From the NCBI GenBank assembly GCA_910584975.1, contig CAJUEA010000001.1, positions 205,651 to 269,650 of the forward strand: a DNA stretch of 64,000 nucleotides. Reading direction: 5' to 3'. Within the stretch, counting starts at the first letter, position 1, and each line of letters begins with the position of its first letter. Origin of the DNA: an uncultured Christensenella sp. (lineage in GTDB: Bacteria > Bacillota > Clostridia > Christensenellales > UBA3700). Positions 58,704 through 64,000 of this stretch are shown here, in pieces. The position numbers and the translations under genes are program-made. The notes beneath the pieces were generated by a model. That model had not been told where the DNA came from. It worked only from the letters and a program-made list of their open reading frames with translations, and made no database searches.

Positions 58704-60371
58704 ATGAACTTGAAGTTATATTGTGACAATACCATCATTGATATTGATTTTTGGAAAGAATATGAGCCTGGAGAAATTAGTGAATTAAACGATGATATTA
58801 TTTTCTATGATAATAAACAATATTCAATTTGTTTAGATGAAGAAGATACTTATGAATTATATGTGAATAATGAATTTGTTGAAGATCTAGCAAGCAATAT
58901 GAATTTCTCAAAGTTTTTTGGGAATGTTCAATTTTATTTGAAAGATAAAAAGACACAAAAAATTTTTTCTAGTGATTATTATTGTGTTTCTAGCGATAAA
59001 ATTTCTAGCGAAGATTTTGAAATTATGCTTAATGATATTTTAGAAAATTGTCCAACGCAAGTGTTAGTGAAATGCTTTGGTATGCATAATTCAGAATTGA
59101 ATCCAAACAAGAAAATATCATCAATAAACACAAAAATTAAAGCAATAGAAAACATTATCGTTTATATGGTCAAAAATTTGCATCATTTTGAAGTTAATGC
59201 AAAATCAAAACTTAGTCCAAAATATAAAAAGGTTGATTATTCAAATATTAGCGATATTGACTCAATAACGATTAGTCATATGGCAGAAAATTGCGATGAG
59301 TGGTTTAGGACATCAACGAGTGGAATAAAAATAAATAAAAAATATTTTTTGCCTAATAAAGTGATGACAAAAATAAGCGTTGACAATAAGGCAATATATG
59401 AAAACAAGTCAATTGTTAATTTTTTAAATTATTTAAGAAACGAGTTGTTATTAATAGAAAAAACTTTAGAAAATGCGAAAAATGGATTAATTAGGCATTA
59501 TAGAAAACTAAAAAAAATATATCCAAATTCAAATATTGTAGAATCGTATACTACATTTTATTACGAAAAATTAAATGATAAAGCTAGTGCCTTGAAAAAA
59601 GAATTGACGAAAATACTAATGAGGTTACAGAAATCATTTAGTTGTTGTGCTGATAATGGTTATTGCTTGCCAGCATACACACATATTTTTAGACAAATAC
59701 CTATGTATAGGCAAATGTTTTTATTTATGTTGGATTATGATAATTTAGGTGAAAATTTGGAAACAAAAATTAATTATTTTGTTGATATAATACCTGCATA
59801 TACGATATATGAGCTTTATTGTTTGAATCGAATTATTGAAGGAATTTCGATTCTTGGCGGTCAAAATAAAAATTTCTTTAATTTGGATAACGATGGGTTA
59901 ATTTTTAGTAGTTATTTAGAAATTGATGATGTAGTAATAAAACTTTATTATGAGCCTAAAATCATGAAGTCTCAGCAGAGTTTAAGTTTGGATGTGGCTG
60001 ACTATTATATCGATAGTCAAAATAATATTCAGCTTAAAAAGGTTGCTAAACAAGGATTTGTCCCTGATTTTGTTATCGAAATATTAAAAGATAATAAAAT
60101 CAATTATGTTATACTAGATGCTAAATTTAGCAAAAGGAGTTCTGTTGACAAATATCATCTTTCAAATATTATCAACAAATATGTGGTAAGTATTATTCCA
60201 AAAGATAGCTATACTTTTAAATTAATGACAGGAATAATGTGTTTAAACGGTGATAAAACAATAGTTAGAAATCAAAGAGCTAGTTTAGGATATGAGCAAA
60301 TTGAAATAATGCCTATTAATATCAATAAAAATAAAATTGATGTTAAAGATATATTAAATATGATATGTTGA
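58704..60371 (+). CDS. McrC/DUF2357-like protein with a C-terminal PD-(D/E)XK nuclease motif
   Basis: 555 aa. The ATG immediately follows the upstream TAA. VPD455FVIE...VILD472AK474F motif (nt 60066-60125). Confidence 0.65.
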   Translation: MNLKLYCDNTIIDIDFWKEYEPGEISELNDDIIFYDNKQYSICLDEEDTYELYVNNEFVEDLASNMNFSKFFGNVQFYLKDKKTQKIFSSDYYCVSSDKISSEDFEIMLNDILENCPTQVLVKCFGMHNSELNPNKKISSINTKIKAIENIIVYMVKNLHHFEVNAKSKLSPKYKKVDYSNISDIDSITISHMAENCDEWFRTSTSGIKINKKYFLPNKVMTKISVDNKAIYENKSIVNFLNYLRNELLLIEKTLENAKNGLIRHYRKLKKIYPNSNIVESYTTFYYEKLNDKASALKKELTKILMRLQKSFSCCADNGYCLPAYTHIFRQIPMYRQMFLFMLDYDNLGENLETKINYFVDIIPAYTIYELYCLNRIIEGISILGGQNKNFFNLDNDGLIFSSYLEIDDVVIKLYYEPKIMKSQQSLSLDVADYYIDSQNNIQLKKVAKQGFVPDFVIEILKDNKINYVILDAKFSKRSSVDKYHLSNIINKYVVSIIPKDSYTFKLMTGIMCLNGDKTIVRNQRASLGYEQIEIMPININKNKIDVKDILNMIC

Positions 60372-60451
60372 TTATAGAGTGAAATGGTATGACACTTTTC
60401 ACGCGACACACTTATGAAAATGCCACTTTTCACAGGGCATACACAATAACC

Positions 60452-60481
60452 AAAAAAGCACCAGTGTAGGTGCTTTTTTTG
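60452..60481 (+). terminator. intrinsic terminator of the cassette
   Basis: Stem agcacc/ggtgct with loop agtgta, followed by a T7 run. Confidence 0.75.
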
Positions 60482-60624
60482 TTATAGTTATCATACTAGG
60501 GGGGGGGACGCAAGGGAAAGCAGTTGCCAGTGGCAAGTGCGACCGAAGCAGGCGTGATAGCAAGGGTTTAGCCCCGAGCAAGCTATGCTTGCGAAGTGCA
60601 CATCAGTGCATTGTGGAGTAACCA

Positions 60625-60639
60625 CCGTCATCTCCACCA
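60625..60639 (+). repeat. attR-like direct repeat
   Basis: ccgtcatctccacca, second copy of the ssrA 3' end. Confidence 0.8.
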
Positions 60640-60644
60640 CATTT

Positions 60645-60688
60645 AACCTAATCTTAACCACTTTTGCGGCAAGATTAGGTTGTTTTTA
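60645..60688 (+). terminator. strong intrinsic terminator (probable displaced native ssrA terminator)
   Basis: Perfect 11-bp stem aacctaatctt/aagattaggtt followed by gttttt. Confidence 0.75.
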
Positions 60689-60924
60689 CAACTAACAAAT
60701 TGCCTTGATTGATAAATAAAAAATACTGCCTGTGGCAAATGAAAATATTTAACCTTAAATTACATTGCCCACAAAACAACAATATTGACACCTTAAAAAA
60801 ATATGCTATCCTAAATATATAAAATAATGCTATCTTATTTGTTGGCATTAGTCTTTTAAATTAGTAAATTTTAATGAGACAATCACAATATAATGCAATG
60901 TTTTTGTTGACGGAGGATTTAATT

Positions 60925-61512
60925 ATGAGTTTGGAACATAGGGCTTTTATTTTTGATGATGAAAGATTTGACAGCGAGCTGCGCAATTTGCTGTTGAATG
61001 CAGGATTATCAAATAATATCGATAAAATAAAGAATTTCATTGAACAAAATAAGTAAGAAATTAAAAATCCTTATTATGGTGGAATTATTGATTAAAACTG
61101 GGAAGACACGATGTCTGCAAAGGATGTTCAAGAGTATGCCGATTTTGCAATGACGGCTTATTACGAACCAGACGAAGATATGGGACTTGCTTATGCATGG
61201 GATGCAGTGATAAGCATTTTGAGATCAATTAAATATAAAAAAGCAGAGTATGCTGTGCTTGGTAAGCCTATAAAGAAAAAAGATTTTTGTGTGGATCCTG
61301 GTTGTTGTGGGTTGGGTATTGTCAAGGCTTCAGATGTGGGAAAAATATTTGAACAGCTTTCCGAGCTACAAGATGAGTTCAATGAAATGGCTGAGGAGTT
61401 CGAAAGTGATGACGATATAGAATGCGATGATATAATCTCTGCTTTCGAAGACCTTTTGTCATTGTATGAATCAGCTATGGACGAAGGTTGTGGACTATTG
61501 CTTACATTTTGA
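60925..61512 (+). pseudogene. ORF interrupted by two in-frame TAA codons (or two small adjacent ORFs in the same frame)
   Basis: ATG 60925 follows GGAGGA. TAA at 61054-61056 and 61093-61095 lie in the same frame as the 61111-61512 ORF. Confidence 0.35.
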
Positions 61513-61744
61513 TTTAGTTGTGTTTGAAAACAATATGTCAAAATGCAGTCAACAAAGAGTTTTAGTACAAAATGTTTAAACAATAAGCAAATTATCTACA
61601 AGATACGGAGGAAAGTCAATTATAATTTCATCTATGTTACTATTTCATTAATATTTTTGTGATATAATGAAAAAATAAAAGTAGTGAATTTATTGAAAGT
61701 TTTGCAAATTGTATTTTTTTATTTTATGAATAAGGAGAGGAAGT

Positions 61745-62095
61745 ATGAAAATAGGAGAAGTGTGTTTATTGACTAATGATGTTGTTCGTTTGTCGAATTT
61801 TTATAAAATAGTATTTAATATTGAAAACAATTGCAATGATGAAGTCCATCAATTTATTTTCTCACAAGAAACAACACTTGCTATTTATAACGATGGAACC
61901 CAGAGAAAAAATAACTTCCAAAATATTTGCTTGGCATTTACGGTTGATGATGTTGATAGTGAATTTGAAAGATTAAAAACACTTGGTGTTGAGATCGTGG
62001 CACCACCTACGATGCGACCTTGGGGTGCAAAAAATATGAGCTTTTTTGACCCAGATAAAAATTTGATTATTTTTAGAAGTTTTCCTAATAAATAA
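61745..62095 (+). CDS. VOC (glyoxalase/bleomycin-resistance) family protein
   Basis: 116 aa. AAGGAGAGG RBS. C-terminal PWGAKNMSFFDPDKNLI motif typical of the VOC fold. Confidence 0.7.
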   Translation: MKIGEVCLLTNDVVRLSNFYKIVFNIENNCNDEVHQFIFSQETTLAIYNDGTQRKNNFQNICLAFTVDDVDSEFERLKTLGVEIVAPPTMRPWGAKNMSFFDPDKNLIIFRSFPNK

Positions 62096-62178
62096 ATTGA
62101 AATTTGCACAATCAATTAATCACTATTGATTTTATTTTTCAAAAATATAATTTATTATATTATTAAATACATAACTGT

Positions 62179-63216
62179 TCATATGAATTTTTCAATAGTT
62201 AAACTTAAAATTATTTTAAATATGTCGGATTGTTTATAATTCATTTTTTGCATAGCATAAGTAAAAGAAGAATGTTTGCAAATAAATGGCATAGTGGCTA
62301 TGTCAAATAAAAATTCTTCACCTTTATCATTTATACGAAAATCTGCTCTACCATAACAACTAATTCCTAAAGCTGGAACTATCTTGTTTAATATTTTTTG
62401 AAATCTATTTGGGCAATTAGATTCAAACAAAGAAAAAGTATAGTCATTTTTTGCTGATGAATTAGCATCTAAAAAAGTGTTATTGTTAATTAGAATTTCA
62501 ACTGGTGGTAAAGCAATAACTTGTTCTTTCCATACAAAGAAGGGACATTCTATTTCTTTACCTTCAATAAATTCTTGAATTATCATTGTTTGATTATTTA
62601 TAAAACTTAATTCATCATAATTAAAATCTTTATAATTATAAATATTTTCAGAAATTCCAATACTGCCACTTTCTGCAATTGGTTTAATTATAATTTTCTT
62701 TAAATTATTTGTGGGTGGTTTGGTTCCTATCCAGTTTTTATTTGGTAAATAAGCATATGTTTTGGGACAATTAACATTTAATTGAGATAAAAATTTATTA
62801 TATACAAATTTATTTCTACATAGTGATTGTACAAAAGATCCCGAACCAGTATAAGGTATTTTTAACAAATTACAAAATGCTGGAATTAAGCTTTTTTTAC
62901 CTTCTTTCAAACCATTTCTTGCGAAATTAAACACTATTATATCTTGTTGATCTAATTTTTTATTTAAAATATCAGACATGAACTTTAACTCGTTGAAATA
63001 TACTATATAATTCATTTTCAATTCTTTAATTGAATTTAAAATGTCATTATATTCTTGCTCAGTAAATTTTTCTATGTCGATTGCATCTTCAAGTTGAATT
63101 CCAATATCATCTGAATAACCTTGTACATTTACAAGCAAAACAATAATTTTAGTTATTTGCTTATTAATTTTCTCACTATAATTATATAATTCAGAAATTT
63201 CATTATTTTTTTTCAT
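62179..63216 (-). CDS. divergent ATP-grasp enzyme (D-Ala-D-Ala ligase-like)
   Basis: 345 aa. IIKPIAESGSIGIS, QEFIEGKEIE and GRADFRI motifs in Ddl order. The E-x-N Mg site reads D-I-A. Confidence 0.65.
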   Translation of the reverse strand: MKKNNEISELYNYSEKINKQITKIIVLLVNVQGYSDDIGIQLEDAIDIEKFTEQEYNDILNSIKELKMNYIVYFNELKFMSDILNKKLDQQDIIVFNFARNGLKEGKKSLIPAFCNLLKIPYTGSGSFVQSLCRNKFVYNKFLSQLNVNCPKTYAYLPNKNWIGTKPPTNNLKKIIIKPIAESGSIGISENIYNYKDFNYDELSFINNQTMIIQEFIEGKEIECPFFVWKEQVIALPPVEILINNNTFLDANSSAKNDYTFSLFESNCPNRFQKILNKIVPALGISCYGRADFRINDKGEEFLFDIATMPFICKHSSFTYAMQKMNYKQSDIFKIILSLTIEKFI

Positions 63217-63222
63217 AAGGCC

Positions 63223-63765
63223 TCATATTTTCCTAATATTTTTGTTGATTTCGGATAAAAATTTATCGTTAATAATAATTGGTTCTTTTTTGAGTTCTTT
63301 AAGTATTAAATCATTTAATTTTGTTGCATTAGTTAAATTTAATGGTTTTTGTGTTACATATAGAGTTTTTGCTTCAGGGCAATGAGTATGTCTACCATAA
63401 GATAATAAAATGCCATGACTAAAAAAATATTTTTTTGAATAATCATTTTCAAAGTTTTTTGAATTAAGTAATATAATTAAACAAATATCGTTATCTTCTT
63501 CACTTCTTACATTGATAAAGATAGCATTTTCTTCAATTTCATATGTTCCTTTATAATTATATTTGTTATTATCATCATCATCAATATAATCAAAATTTAT
63601 AAGTATTTCATTATTTTCATATTTGAGATGAGATGTGTCTATTGTGTTAACGTCTAATGTGTTAGCTGTATAAATATATAAGTTTGATAAATATTTTATA
63701 ATTTTTTTATCATCAGTATTTTGACTAGTTTGATTTTGTGTAACAGAATTAAAAATATCTCCCAT
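63223..63765 (-). CDS. hypothetical protein
   Basis: 180 aa. AAAGGAG RBS. Its stop lies 6 nt before the ATP-grasp start. No motif recognised. Confidence 0.55.
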   Translation of the reverse strand: MGDIFNSVTQNQTSQNTDDKKIIKYLSNLYIYTANTLDVNTIDTSHLKYENNEILINFDYIDDDDNNKYNYKGTYEIEENAIFINVRSEEDNDICLIILLNSKNFENDYSKKYFFSHGILLSYGRHTHCPEAKTLYVTQKPLNLTNATKLNDLILKELKKEPIIINDKFLSEINKNIRKI

Positions 63766-63767
63766 GG

Positions 63768-64000
63768 TTAATCTCCTTTTAAATTTTTACAGTAGTTTAA
63801 GAAATCGCGAACCTCATTTACAATATTTTTGATATTGTATTCAGTTTTATCCCCTTTATTAAATTCTAATAAATATACATATAAATTATATATATTAGCC
63901 ATTAATTGTTTTTCTTTTTTAAATATAATAAAATCCGATGAGTTTACAAGTGATTGTAGACATGAAAAATTAATATGTTTTGTATTATTATCAATTTTTA
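63768..64000 (-). CDS. hypothetical protein, 5'-truncated by the window edge
   Basis: Hand translation of the minus strand gives an open frame ...KHINFSCLQSLVNSSDFIIFKKEKQLMANIYNLYVYLLEFNKGDKTEYNIKNIVNEVRDFLNYCKNLKGD*. Stop at 63768-63770, 2 nt before the next ATG. Confidence 0.5.
   Translation of the reverse strand, partial: KIDNNTKHINFSCLQSLVNSSDFIIFKKEKQLMANIYNLYVYLLEFNKGDKTEYNIKNIVNEVRDFLNYCKNLKGD

Larger units (their letters stand above)
55868..60639 (+). mobile_element. integrase-less genomic islet inserted at the tmRNA 3' end
   Basis: Bounded by exact 15-nt repeats. Interior is visibly more AT-rich than the flanks. Both repeat copies are followed by terminators. Confidence 0.7.

Noticed and set aside
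60399-60581. 60-aa minus-strand ORF in the GC-rich segment
   Set aside because: No RBS, and it runs through the cassette terminator and the G9 tract. It is probably a by-product of local GC richness.
60925-61512. Stop-codon reassignment or programmed readthrough at the two in-frame TAA codons
   Set aside because: TAA terminates many clearly complete genes in this window (for example metG, thiG and ORF1 of the cassette). Pseudogenisation or two separate ORFs is simpler.
55868-64000. Search for an integrase, transposase or phage genes to explain the accessory region
   Set aside because: No ORF with tyrosine/serine recombinase, DDE transposase or phage structural motifs was seen. Mobility is inferred only from the att-like repeats and base composition.

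Overview
64-kb chromosomal segment of a low-GC Firmicute. Gene order is Clostridia/Bacilli-like (metG-tatD-rsmA, tmk-holB-ricT-yabB, spmAB). Most of it is housekeeping and biosynthetic operons, largely on the + strand: leuACDB; a UPF0210/ACT pair; spmAB; metG-tatD-rSAM-rsmA; a thiamine supercluster (thiE, thiS-F-G-H-tenI, TPP riboswitch-thiD-thiC-HAD); nadABC; tmk-holB-ricT; rnj; a trmR-like/U32 pair; asnS; a GH31 glycosidase; and a fucose-type operon (fucI, aldolase, kinase). Accessory DNA begins at the tmRNA gene (55516-55867). A visibly more AT-rich 4.8-kb islet follows, bounded by exact 15-nt direct repeats of the tmRNA 3' end. It carries a tightly abutting two-gene cassette (stop codon directly followed by the next ATG). 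The first gene encodes an 826-aa protein with an unrecognised N-terminal domain, a long coiled coil and a McrB/AAA_5-like NTPase. The second encodes a 555-aa protein whose C-terminus has a PD-(D/E)XK nuclease motif like that of McrC/DUF2357-type nucleases. The islet has no methyltransferase and no integrase. This cassette is my best candidate for an undescribed type IV-restriction-like, coiled-coil McrBC-related defence system. To its right lies more AT-rich accessory DNA: a disrupted ORF, a VOC gene, and a window-truncated minus-strand operon ending in a divergent Ddl-like ATP-grasp enzyme. Other signals: a 17-nt motif (KTCAAAAATCGRTAYTA) recurring 10 times co-directionally with transcription; a terminator-embedded element upstream of thiS that may be an HMP-PP riboswitch; a 28-nt perfect direct repeat flanking a structured GC-richer insert upstream of rnj; a small hairpin-repeat family; and an 11-bp perfect palindrome at the fucI promoter. 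All protein calls come from reading motifs in the supplied translations. No database search was run.
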